Shown here piece by piece: positions 28,431 through 36,727 of a DNA stretch of 47,636 nt. Where the stretch lies: IMG/VR virus record IMGVR_UViG_3300045136_000099; one strand, given 5' to 3'. This DNA is from a virus. The notes beneath the pieces were generated by a model. It worked only from the letters and a program-made list of their open reading frames with translations, did no database searches and was not told the origin of the DNA. The number at the start of each line of letters is the position of its first letter. Within the stretch, counting starts at the first letter, position 1. The position numbers and the translations under genes are program-made.

Positions 28431-29144
28431 CGTTTCGGCATACGCGGGACACGCCCCTTGGCTGTCGCAGAACCGGCACTGCTCCGGCCCGGGGTTCATC
28501 TCGGTGGGGTGATCGAGTGCCCACCGCAAATCGTCGAGGTGCTCCTCGAGCTCGAGCGCCGTCATTAGCGGTCCCCATTTGCGTTCGGGTAGCGCGGCGA
28601 TGGGGTACTTCGGCCACTGCGTGATCGAGCGCTCGGCCTGATAGCTCGGCCGCCAACCGCCGAGTCCGTAGTCGACCAGCCCATACGAGAGCAGCTGTTT
28701 GGTTCGCGGGTCGACCGGCCACCGCCCGGTCTTGAGGTCGTCGATCCACGGCAGCCCGTCCTTGGTGACGCCAACCCAATCGACTGTGCCCGTTAGCCAC
28801 TCAGGTCCAAACTGGCGCTTCCACTCGTCGGCACCATCGCGAGCACCCCGGTACACCTGGATTTCCCGCGTTCGCAGGTTGAGCGCCGCCGTGATCTCGT
28901 GCCGCCCTCTCTCCGGCGGCCACCAGTCGTCACGATCGATGTCCGTCGCTACCAGCTTCTTCTCAAGTAGCGCGATGTCACCGCTAGCTGCCCATGAGGG
29001 GTGAGAATCGCCGGTTTCCTTCCAGTAGTGGACCAGCGTGCCGTAGTCGGTTGCCGCCTTGCTGTTCGGCGACTGCTTGCGGAGGCGAGGGAGCACCAGA
29101 CTCGCGGGGCAAATCACTCCGCGAGGGGTCTCGCTCGCTCTCAC
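28422..29144 (-). CDS. Cas4/RecB-family PD-(D/E)xK exonuclease
   Basis: N-terminal Cys (VICPAS), WIDDLKTG (D..K core) and a C-terminal CRFCDSQGAC cluster. GTG start in a GTGA overlap. Next to ERF and SSB. Confidence 0.65.
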   Translation of the reverse strand: MRASETPRGVICPASLVLPRLRKQSPNSKAATDYGTLVHYWKETGDSHPSWAASGDIALLEKKLVATDIDRDDWWPPERGRHEITAALNLRTREIQVYRGARDGADEWKRQFGPEWLTGTVDWVGVTKDGLPWIDDLKTGRWPVDPRTKQLLSYGLVDYGLGGWRPSYQAERSITQWPKYPIAALPERKWGPLMTALELEEHLDDLRWALDHPTEMNPGPEQCRFCDSQGACPAYAETLA

Positions 29145-29527
29145 CCAGCCGCTAGGCTCGGGTCCATCGCGTTGCGGAAAGCCCAGCCGAACGATTCGCC
29201 GCCATCAGCACCAGTGCCCCAGGTGTCCACCTCGTCGTTTCCGTGCCAGATGTTCGTGGTGTTCCAGCGGCGCAGACCCTCGTTGTTGAGCAGCGTCGCC
29301 GCGTGCCGATAGCAGTCCAGATCAGCCTTCTCGATGTCGCCAGTCTTGACGAGCGCCAGCGCTCCAACGGCGCAACAGCTAACCGGCTTGCTGGTGCCGG
29401 TGCTCGGGTCATACTCGCGCACAAACGTCGTGCCGTCGCAGCCCGTCAGACCATTTGCCTCGGCGGCGGCAATCGCCTCCGCAAGCAGCATCTCGTCGTG
29501 CGGAACCTTGCACTTCTTCGCCATCAC
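29141..29527 (-). CDS. Hypothetical protein (128 aa)
   Basis: ORF with its start overlapping the ERF stop (AAGTGATGGCG). Confidence 0.5.
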   Translation of the reverse strand: MMAKKCKVPHDEMLLAEAIAAAEANGLTGCDGTTFVREYDPSTGTSKPVSCCAVGALALVKTGDIEKADLDCYRHAATLLNNEGLRRWNTTNIWHGNDEVDTWGTGADGGESFGWAFRNAMDPSLAAG

Positions 29528-30252
29528 TTGCCCTTCGCGGCTGCCTTCAGCTGGCGTCGCTTCTCGACATACGCCTCGTTCAGGTCGGGGTCGGCGAACT
29601 CCTCCACCTGCGCCTTGAATTTGTCGGAGAGCTCGTCGGCCGTGCCCTCGAACTTCTCGATGGCCTCCTTCAGTGCTTCCTTGCGACGTGCGTAGGTGCC
29701 TTCGGCCGCGTCGTCCTGCTCCTTCTGCGTCACCTTGCGAGTGCGCCGGGGCTCACGCGGCTCGTAGTCGCTGCCACTTGCTGCCTCGCCGTCGTCATCC
29801 ACCGGCGCAAGACCGAACACCGCCATCAGCTGGTAGCGACGCCCGTAGGTGATCGCGCTGCCGACCGCCTGCGCCGTGAGCTTGCCGCCGTCTTCGTCGC
29901 CACCCTTCTTCGAGCGCTGCTTGCTAACGGCCATCGCCGTTTGGAAGATCAGGTGCTCACCCGACTCGTGGATGAGCATGCCGGTGATCTCGATGGTCTC
30001 GCCGACGATGCGGCCCGGCGTCTGGATGAACGCGAGCTTGTTCTTCGAGAGGATCGGCTTGATCAGCGTCTCGACCGCCTCGAGCGTCGCGTAGTCGTTC
30101 CCGAAGTGCGGGTTGTTGGCGTCCTTCACCACACCAGCCGGGATCTCACTGAACGCTGCCACCAACGCTTTCGCGAGGTTCGGAAGCCCACCTCGCTGCG
30201 TCTGAGCTAGCATCTGTGCTGCGGCGTTGCTCTGTAGCTGCTTTTCCTCCAT
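29524..30252 (-). CDS. ERF-family single-strand annealing protein
   Basis: NPHFGNDYATLEAV...MLIHESGEH...AQAVGSAITYGRRYQLMAVFGLAPVDDDG. AAGGAG lies 5 nt before the ATG. Confidence 0.7.
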   Translation of the reverse strand: MEEKQLQSNAAAQMLAQTQRGGLPNLAKALVAAFSEIPAGVVKDANNPHFGNDYATLEAVETLIKPILSKNKLAFIQTPGRIVGETIEITGMLIHESGEHLIFQTAMAVSKQRSKKGGDEDGGKLTAQAVGSAITYGRRYQLMAVFGLAPVDDDGEAASGSDYEPREPRRTRKVTQKEQDDAAEGTYARRKEALKEAIEKFEGTADELSDKFKAQVEEFADPDLNEAYVEKRRQLKAAAKGK

Positions 30253-30327
30253 CTATCTCCTTGTTAGGCGCTTGTCAGAAGCCCAACGATTGACGCGGCG
30301 CACACATGGACTCAAAATGGAGAACAT

Positions 30328-30456
30328 ATGGCGCTTCAACCTGGTACACGAAAGGAATGCGGCGTGCCCGACAAGATCGTGCAGTATTGGCCCGAGGCGT
30401 GGCGCGCTATGGCCAACCGCCTCGCTCAACGTAAGCTCGATGCAATCGTCGAGTAG
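30328..30456 (+). CDS. Possible 42-aa ORF antisense to the leader of the recombination operon
   Basis: GGAGAA lies 4 nt before the ATG. My translation is MALQPGTRKECGVPDKIVQYWPEAWRAMANRLAQRKLDAIVE. A hairpin follows. A competing frame (ORF 30227..30478) has similar third-position GC. Confidence 0.3.
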   Translation: MALQPGTRKECGVPDKIVQYWPEAWRAMANRLAQRKLDAIVE

Positions 30457-30527
30457 AGGGGTGCTAGCTGTGCGGTGAATAGCTGCTTTGCTGCACCCTA
30501 TCTCTCACCGCCCCTGCTGTCGCGAGT

Positions 30528-30557
30528 ATTATAGCGTGCGTTTCATATGCGCGTCAA
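30528..30557 (-). promoter_or_regulatory. Sigma70-type promoter for the recombination/replication genes
   Basis: On the - strand: TTGACG, 18 nt, TATAAT. It overlaps the last codons of gene 30543..30821. Confidence 0.6.
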
Positions 30558-30821
30558 ATGAAATCTCGCACGGTCCGGTAATTCCTCTGTTTCGCCTGTG
30601 GCCGTGTTGACCTTCCAGCTGTGTCCGCAGCTCGGACAGCTACTCGTGACCTCGGCGCCGCTGAACGTGTGGGCGTTCGTCCGCACATCGCAGAAGTCGC
30701 AAACGACGGTGCCTTCCGTGCGTAGTGCTCCATTCGCGAAGTAAGCGCGCGAGTGCTCGCCGACGAAGTGATCCCACAGCTCGCTCTCGTACTGCGCAAC
30801 CATCTCAAGATCGATTCCCAT
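30543..30821 (-). CDS. Zinc-ribbon protein (92 aa)
   Basis: CDFCD...CPSCGH four-Cys pattern. Confidence 0.5.
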   Translation of the reverse strand: MGIDLEMVAQYESELWDHFVGEHSRAYFANGALRTEGTVVCDFCDVRTNAHTFSGAEVTSSCPSCGHSWKVNTATGETEELPDRARFHLTRI

Positions 30822-30897
30822 CTATATCTCTCGGCGCTAGCAGCGCCAGTACGATGAGCCAGAGTGCGATCAATCCGAGGAATGCGATGATCAGCAT
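30805..30897 (-). CDS. Possible 30-aa membrane micro-protein
   Basis: MLIIAFLGLIALWLIVLALLAPRDIDGNRS. The ATG overlaps the upstream stop (ATGCTGA). Confidence 0.3.
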   Translation of the reverse strand: MLIIAFLGLIALWLIVLALLAPRDIDGNRS

Positions 30898-31100
30898 AGG
30901 CTCAGAAATGAGTGGCCACCGATGATGGTCCACGCAACCCTCCATCGATCCCACCAGTCCAACTCGGCGAGATCGAGGAAGGGGTGCAGCGCGCCACGTT
31001 GATGCACCCGCCGGTAGCACCAGGGAATGCCGGTGATTCGGGACACGTCGATGGCTTCGTCGTCGATTAGATACGCAACCGGGCCGTTGAGGACTGGCAT
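30891..31100 (-). CDS. Hypothetical protein (69 aa from MPVLNGP)
   Basis: ATG preceded by GAGGGGTGCGC in a short spacer after the upstream stop. Confidence 0.45.
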   Translation of the reverse strand: MPVLNGPVAYLIDDEAIDVSRITGIPWCYRRVHQRGALHPFLDLAELDWWDRWRVAWTIIGGHSFLSLC

Positions 31101-31113
31101 GCGCACCCCTCGC

Positions 31114-31254
31114 TCAGCACACCTTGTCGCCGTACACCCATTCGCCGGTCTCCAGGCGACGCACGCGACCACCTTGCCCAGCAGTGGCGTTGTCCTCGTT
31201 GAATGCGATCTCGTAGACGGAACCTGATTGAACCTTGACCTTGATGGTGTTCAT
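31114..31254 (-). CDS. Hypothetical small protein (46 aa)
   Basis: My translation is MNTIKVKVQSGSVYEIAFNEDNATAGQGGRVRRLETGEWVYGDKVC. ATGA overlap with the upstream stop. Below the ORF-track length cutoff. Confidence 0.4.
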   Translation of the reverse strand: MNTIKVKVQSGSVYEIAFNEDNATAGQGGRVRRLETGEWVYGDKVC

Positions 31255-31454
31255 GCTGCTAGCTCCTCGATGCGACGCGCGGCCATGACCGCGTCGTGCT
31301 CGTCGTCAAATGGACCGGCGATGTCCAGCAACTCGCTGGATTCATCGTCATTGATGAAGACGTAGAAGCCGTGGATCGCTGGGGTGCCATTGATGGCTAA
31401 CCCTTCATCGTCGTGGTCCATCGGATGCTTCATATGATAAACATATGTTTTCAT
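31251..31454 (-). CDS. Hypothetical acidic protein (67 aa)
   Basis: ORF with ATGA overlaps at both ends. Confidence 0.5.
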   Translation of the reverse strand: MKTYVYHMKHPMDHDDEGLAINGTPAIHGFYVFINDDESSELLDIAGPFDDEHDAVMAARRIEELAA

Positions 31455-31945
31455 CGATGGGCCTCACGCCCGAACGCTCCCGGCGTATGCAATCGCGTTG
31501 GCCATTTGACCCACGCGGGATCCTTCGCGCGAACCTTCCACGCCTCGACGAGTTGATTGTTCGTCTTGGGCAGCTGGATGCGTCCGACGATGTTGCTGGT
31601 TTTCTGGCGACGTGCGGCGGTAGCCTCCTCGGCAAACGCCAGCTCGCATTCCCACTTCGCCCGAGCTTCATCGAGGTAAGGGGTGCGATTGTCGTAGCGT
31701 GGTCGGGCGAACTCCACCCGCTTGCCCGTCCAACGATGGACGTACGCCAGCTTCTCGTTGTCGCCGATCACGATGTCGGTGACATAGTGGTTGCCCACCT
31801 TGAGCTCGACCTCCTTGATCGGCAGCTCATAGCGCGCCAGCCGCCAGTGACGACCGTGGCCGATGAGGTGCTCTCCACAGAATCGGAGCCCGACCATTAG
31901 CGCACCCCTTTCCTTGTCCTTGATGGACTTCTGACTAGCCGCCAT
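31451..31945 (-). CDS. Hypothetical protein (164 aa; alternative start at 31897)
   Basis: ORF only. The alternative ATG at 31897 is preceded by AGGGGTGCGCTA. Confidence 0.5.
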   Translation of the reverse strand: MAASQKSIKDKERGALMVGLRFCGEHLIGHGRHWRLARYELPIKEVELKVGNHYVTDIVIGDNEKLAYVHRWTGKRVEFARPRYDNRTPYLDEARAKWECELAFAEEATAARRQKTSNIVGRIQLPKTNNQLVEAWKVRAKDPAWVKWPTRLHTPGAFGREAHR

Positions 31946-33119
31946 AGAACGTCCCCTCGCTCGTCAGTCGACGACGAGCAGCGATGATGTGGTCGATGAC
32001 TTGGAACTGCTCGGCGGCCGGCAAACGCGCCGCACGCCGCTTGGCTGCGATGTAGTCCTTCTCGGTCTTGGCATTTGAAATGCACACACCAGAGTCATGA
32101 GTCTCGGTCGATGCGTCGTCAAGAGGCACCAGGCGAGAGATCTGACGGCCGCGCGCTGATTCGATGGCGCCCCCACCAAGGTAGTGCGCTCGTAGCGTGT
32201 CGCCGTCGTCCGCGTGCCCAAGGGCCGCCGCCACCTGTTCGACACCGCCGCCGAGTCGTACTGCGGTGGTCGCTCCCGAACCGCGTAGACCGTGCGGCGT
32301 GACGCGATCCACTCCCGCCAGCTTGCAGAACTTGACCGTCCAGTAGTGCAGCCCGTGGCGCGTCAGGTCGCCGAACAGCTTCTCGCCCGGCTGTTTACCC
32401 GCCGCCAGCTTGAGGAGGCGCTCGCGCAGCACCCCGGGCACTTCGATCTCGCGATCCGAGTGCTCCGTCTTGCTGTCGCGAATCCACAGCAGCCAGCCGT
32501 CATCGTCCAGGTCCTCCACCGTCCGCTTGACAACCTCGCTCGCCCGCAGTCCTAACATCAGTGCCGTTAGCACCGCCGTGGCCTCGAGCTCGTGGGCCTT
32601 CTCCTCGAGCAGCACCAACAAATAGCGCCTGGTGGCGTTGACGCGGAGCTTGGGCTTACCACGCCGCTTCTGCCCGACGGGCTTGATGTCGGCGAACGGG
32701 TTGAGCCGCAAATAGCCGCGCTGGATGCACCAGTCCACGAACCGCTTCACGTAGGACAGCTCGCCGTGATGAGTGTCCGGCGCGACCTCCTTGACTCGAC
32801 GCGCGTAGAGCTCGCGAGCGAGGGGTGCTGTTAGGGCTGCCAGCGGCCGGTCGCCTTCGTCCACCCGAAGGATGGCGCGCAGACGGTAGCGCGCCGTGTC
32901 CTTGCCCTTGCCGGCGTATTCGGCGAGGTACATGTCCAGCGCCTCTAGGACTGTCCGACTGCCCGCCGCCGCGTTGTACGCATCCCTTTCCGCAATGGCT
33001 TGGGCTTCTGTCTCATACGCAACAGTCTCGCTAGCGCCGTTTGCTGCAAAGTAGACAATTCGGAACTTCCGACCGTGCTTGTAGGGTCCAACGGCATGCT
33101 CACGTCCTTGCTTTGGCAT
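31935..33119 (-). CDS. int: Tyrosine recombinase (phage integrase)
   Basis: LGLRASEV (Arg box), HGLRGSGATTAV (HxxR) and LGHADDGDTLRAHYL (His...Tyr). AGGAGG lies 7 nt before the ATG of MPKQGREH. Confidence 0.85.
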   Translation of the reverse strand: MPKQGREHAVGPYKHGRKFRIVYFAANGASETVAYETEAQAIAERDAYNAAAGSRTVLEALDMYLAEYAGKGKDTARYRLRAILRVDEGDRPLAALTAPLARELYARRVKEVAPDTHHGELSYVKRFVDWCIQRGYLRLNPFADIKPVGQKRRGKPKLRVNATRRYLLVLLEEKAHELEATAVLTALMLGLRASEVVKRTVEDLDDDGWLLWIRDSKTEHSDREIEVPGVLRERLLKLAAGKQPGEKLFGDLTRHGLHYWTVKFCKLAGVDRVTPHGLRGSGATTAVRLGGGVEQVAAALGHADDGDTLRAHYLGGGAIESARGRQISRLVPLDDASTETHDSGVCISNAKTEKDYIAAKRRAARLPAAEQFQVIDHIIAARRRLTSEGTFYGG

Positions 33120-33381
33120 CGGGGTACTCCTCCTAAACATTTCAAGGGTGCTAACCCGCTCGTACCCGAAGGGGTGCCACTAATCGCAGCGTTAGGTGCC
33201 GCGATTTGCCGCCGCGATGAGTCCACTGCGGCGGTAGCGACGGAGTGCCTCGGGGCGTGAGTGCGCGCACGGTCCGCGTCGACGACCCACGACTACGGCC
33301 ACGCACCCTTGAGTGGGCGGCGGAACCACGCCAGGTCAAACGCGGTGTATTCCACGGGCCGGGATGCGATGCGGTACGGCA

Positions 33382-33981
33382 TTAGCACCCCTCCTCGATC
33401 TCGGGCTTGTGCGGCGACTGCGAGCACCCGAAGTCGGACAGCACAACGCGGTCACCCGGCCGGATCATGACGTTACTGGCTTTGTAGTCCGTCATCGCGG
33501 TAACGCCGATCGAGCGGAGATCCTCGACGATGCCCAGGATATTCATCGCAGCGCATCCCCACGGCGTGAGTTTGTGCTCGCTCTTGCCACCGTTTGCGAA
33601 GTAGTCGACGATCTCGGGTAAGTTCCACGTCGTTAGCCTGAAACTACGGGGCTGAGTCGGAACGCCGTAGTTGTAAATGCACTCTGGCAATGGTTGCAGG
33701 CGCTTGGCTACGTAGCAGTAGAGCCGTTCGCCGTAGACGTTGTATTTTGGCAACGCCCACACTCGTTCTACGCGCATCAGGTTTGGACACTTGCCCTCCG
33801 CTTGCGCACGACGCGCAAGCTCGGCGGTGTGCGCATCACGCCAATCGTCCGTCACCTTGACCACGCGATGATCGTCCAGCGGATAGACCATCGCGAAACA
33901 CCCGGACCCCAGGCACTCCGTATCAAGCGCCGGAACGGGATAGCCATTTGCCTTCAGAGTGCTAACAGCGTGCCGCAACAT
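33382..33981 (-). CDS. Minimal protein-kinase-fold protein (199 aa)
   Basis: LGSGCFAMVY...VVKV (Gly loop plus Lys), TDYKASNVMI (catalytic loop) and VLSDFG (DFG). AGAGAGG lies 4 nt before the ATG. Confidence 0.6.
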   Translation of the reverse strand: MLRHAVSTLKANGYPVPALDTECLGSGCFAMVYPLDDHRVVKVTDDWRDAHTAELARRAQAEGKCPNLMRVERVWALPKYNVYGERLYCYVAKRLQPLPECIYNYGVPTQPRSFRLTTWNLPEIVDYFANGGKSEHKLTPWGCAAMNILGIVEDLRSIGVTAMTDYKASNVMIRPGDRVVLSDFGCSQSPHKPEIEEGC

Positions 33982-34308
33982 GATGCCTCTCTTGGGTGAG
34001 TGGTTTGTGTGGAATCCATTTGAAACCGTCGAATCTGTCCACCTAGAGAGAGAGCTGGCCCTCCTGCGGCATCGAGCCAGCCGGAGAGACTAGATGGACA
34101 GGTTCGGCGGCTTCAACCGGCCGCCAGCGGCGCTAGAGCGACGGCTGTGGAGCTTGCTCGCGTGCCCCAAGAACCTGATCAGCGGTGATGCCGACCGCCT
34201 TGGACGCCTCGATCAACATCAGCAGCGAGCCGAACGCCGCCGCGAGCTGAACGCCGTGATCCGCGACAGCCACGAGACAACTCAATCGAGGTTAGGTTTC
34301 ATAAAAAA

Positions 34309-34337
34309 TTCATATGAACCAACGAGCGGAGTGTCAA
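34309..34337 (-). promoter_or_regulatory. Sigma70-type promoter inside the early region
   Basis: On the - strand: TTGACA, 17 nt, TATGAA, preceded by GCACCCC. It lies directly after the stop of gene 34345..35184. Confidence 0.5.
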
Positions 34338-34344
34338 GGGGTGC

Positions 34345-35184
34345 TCAATGCTCCACGAGCGCGATCACGCGCCGAATCTCCGCGAGACAGGCATCCCGAT
34401 CGTAGGTCTGGTTTAGCAGGATGGCATCGTGAGGGAGTGCGCCGCACCCCTGTAGACGGTCAAACGTACCGCTGTGGTTCCAGCCGCGCGTCATACCCAA
34501 ACCATCGCCAGCGTCGAACGGAAGCGTAAGACGCGCTCGGAACGTTTGGGTGCGGTGAACGCCCGCATGGCACATGACGCTCGCGATGATGTCCGTGCGC
34601 ACCGGCTCCGTCGTTTCCTTCAGAGTGATCAAGGTGGCGCCCCAATGCGGATCAACTCGAGACTCCACGCACGACGCTCCTAGCAACCGCACGACATAGC
34701 CAGCCGATTCGAGTACGTCGCACACGATGACAGCGCTAGCGCCAGCCCAAAACAACTGCTCGCGCGTGAGCCACCACGGGCCACCACACAGCGCTACCAC
34801 GTCGACGCACGTAACACCGTTGCTCCACACACGATGCGAAGTTCGCCACGCTTGATCCCACTGACCACGAAGCGCGCGATCCACGTCTAGCTCGTCGCCA
34901 TCATCAGCCCAACGCGGGCGACGCTTGCGAGACTTCGCCTCGGGCGGTGCGATCTCGGAGCGGATCTCCGCAAGCCTCTCGGCGCCAGCCGCCCATCCGT
35001 CACGTAGCAGTGCCGTAGCGTCGTGATGCGAGCGGATACCACCGAGATCTATGTCGCCACGCCGATCAACGTAGGTCGCGCGCTCGTAGGAGCGGTTAGC
35101 GTGGTAGAGCGGCTCGCTGTAGACGTTCACGTACTCATCGAACGCAAACAGACGGGCGACCATGTCATCGCTCTGATACAGCAT
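34345..35184 (-). CDS. Hypothetical protein (279 aa), partner of the AAA+ ATPase
   Basis: ATG in a TGATG overlap with the ATPase stop. MoxR-type ATPases usually pair with VWA proteins, but I see no DxSxS MIDAS motif here. Confidence 0.5.
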   Translation of the reverse strand: MLYQSDDMVARLFAFDEYVNVYSEPLYHANRSYERATYVDRRGDIDLGGIRSHHDATALLRDGWAAGAERLAEIRSEIAPPEAKSRKRRPRWADDGDELDVDRALRGQWDQAWRTSHRVWSNGVTCVDVVALCGGPWWLTREQLFWAGASAVIVCDVLESAGYVVRLLGASCVESRVDPHWGATLITLKETTEPVRTDIIASVMCHAGVHRTQTFRARLTLPFDAGDGLGMTRGWNHSGTFDRLQGCGALPHDAILLNQTYDRDACLAEIRRVIALVEH

Positions 35185-36464
35185 CAGCGCACCCCCACCT
35201 TTGAAAGCTCGTCCGTGGTCCACCCTGCCGTAGCGCGACGGAGTGCACGCTCGATCGTCCAGCCGCCCTGCACCATGCGGGCAACGTTGAGGAGGAATCG
35301 CGTGCCGACGATGCGCCGGAGCTTTTGCTCGCTCACGCGATCACGAATCGACCACACACGCACACAAATGGAATCGTCGCCCACTAGCTCGCGTTCAAGG
35401 TCGCGATCGTAGTCGACCTCAATCATCGTGCCCACGAAGCGATCGAGAAACGCCGCGTCCAGCTGGTTGCGTCCGACGTACTGGCGATCGGTACCCGTGC
35501 CCCACGTGTTGGCGGCGCAGATGATCACGCTGTCAGGATGGCGCGTGGCCGTCGGCTGCTCTGCACGGTCCACGAGCGAGAGGTGGCCGTTTGCCGTGGC
35601 CGATTGGATGCAAAGCATCATGTTGGGATCGCTACCGTCCACCTCATCAAACAGGAACACGCCACCACACTCGTACATGCGCACGAAGTCAGTACCCTGA
35701 TAGCTGGTTGCGCCCGTAGTGAGGTTTGGAATTGCGCGCCCAACGATCTTGCCCTCGCTAACACCGGCGCTACACGAGATGCCAGCCCACCCACGAGCGT
35801 TGTCGCGCGTGCTGTCCAGTGCGCGAGCAAGGTCCGCCGCGAGCGTGGTCTTGCCCGAGCCAGCCGGGCCCACAACGTAGAAGTTACGGAACCCCATCGC
35901 GTACAGCTCCATGATCTCCGCGAGCGCCTTGTGAGTGCGCCCGCTCACCTTGGCGACGGTGGTACCGTTCACGCGGAAGTCGTGCACGCGCGCGCCCATC
36001 GCTCCGGTCTTGACGGCGTCCATGATGATCGCCGTGGCGATCTCGCTGGCACGACGCTCGATGTAGGCTGCGATCGTGGTACCGAGCGCTCCGTAGACAC
36101 TGAGATCGATCCCGGGTGCGCTGGTTGGTTTGGAATCCATTTGAATCTCGCCAGCGTCGCCATCATCGAGATCAGGGGTGCTCGTGCTGTCGCTGCTAGC
36201 CGACGCACCCCTGGGCGAGCAGATGCGATAGGGCTTGCCCGCTTTGCCAGCGCTGCACCGCCCGTGCTCGGCGCATTCGCGATAGGTGGAGTACGGCCCG
36301 ACCGTCCAAACGAGCGTGCCGTGGACCGGGCAAGCGGGGTGCTCGGGATCGGCCGCGTTGGTACCCTCAGCGGGGCAACCCTTGTGAGCGGGCTTGAAAC
36401 CTTTGAGGGTGTCGTACGCGACGACGGCGCCGCACGCGTCGCATTTCTTGCTGTACTTGGCCAT
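35184..36464 (-). CDS. MoxR/CbbQ-type (AAA_5-like) AAA+ ATPase with an N-terminal zinc-ribbon
   Basis: Walker A VVGPAGSGKTTLA, Walker B VFLFDEVDG. N-terminal CDACG...CPVHG...C. Start at MAKYSKK just after the upstream stop. Confidence 0.65.
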   Translation of the reverse strand: MAKYSKKCDACGAVVAYDTLKGFKPAHKGCPAEGTNAADPEHPACPVHGTLVWTVGPYSTYRECAEHGRCSAGKAGKPYRICSPRGASASSDSTSTPDLDDGDAGEIQMDSKPTSAPGIDLSVYGALGTTIAAYIERRASEIATAIIMDAVKTGAMGARVHDFRVNGTTVAKVSGRTHKALAEIMELYAMGFRNFYVVGPAGSGKTTLAADLARALDSTRDNARGWAGISCSAGVSEGKIVGRAIPNLTTGATSYQGTDFVRMYECGGVFLFDEVDGSDPNMMLCIQSATANGHLSLVDRAEQPTATRHPDSVIICAANTWGTGTDRQYVGRNQLDAAFLDRFVGTMIEVDYDRDLERELVGDDSICVRVWSIRDRVSEQKLRRIVGTRFLLNVARMVQGGWTIERALRRATAGWTTDELSKVGVR

Positions 36465-36466
36465 GA

Positions 36467-36670
36467 CTAGAGCACCCCCAGCAATGCGTTCGCTTGGTAG
36501 ACGAGATCGGGGCGACGTAGCTCCAACGCCGCTGTTAGCGCGCGATTGACACACGCGCGAGCCAACATCGGGCGACGTAATGCGTATGTCAGCGCGAGAT
36601 CCGTCTCGCAAATAAAGACGTGCAGCATTGTGCCGTCAAGACGGCAGGCGATCCAGGCGTAGCGATTCAT
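36467..36670 (-). CDS. First early gene, hypothetical (67 aa)
   Basis: GGAGG lies 4 nt before the ATG. First ORF of the - strand operon. Confidence 0.5.
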   Translation of the reverse strand: MNRYAWIACRLDGTMLHVFICETDLALTYALRRPMLARACVNRALTAALELRRPDLVYQANALLGVL

Positions 36671-36727
36671 TTGGCCTCCAAATAATTTTTGCGGGACTGG
36701 CGGGAACTAGTGCACGGTGGATGCCAA

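Noticed and set aside
34094-34405. 103-aa + strand ORF, and a ~46-aa - strand ORF (34133-34273), in the 360-nt gap upstream of the kinase gene
   Set aside because: Both frames show high third-position GC because they are mirror frames. Neither has a recognisable domain. The + ORF runs into the end of the opposing gene. I left them uncalled and they need transcript or proteome data.
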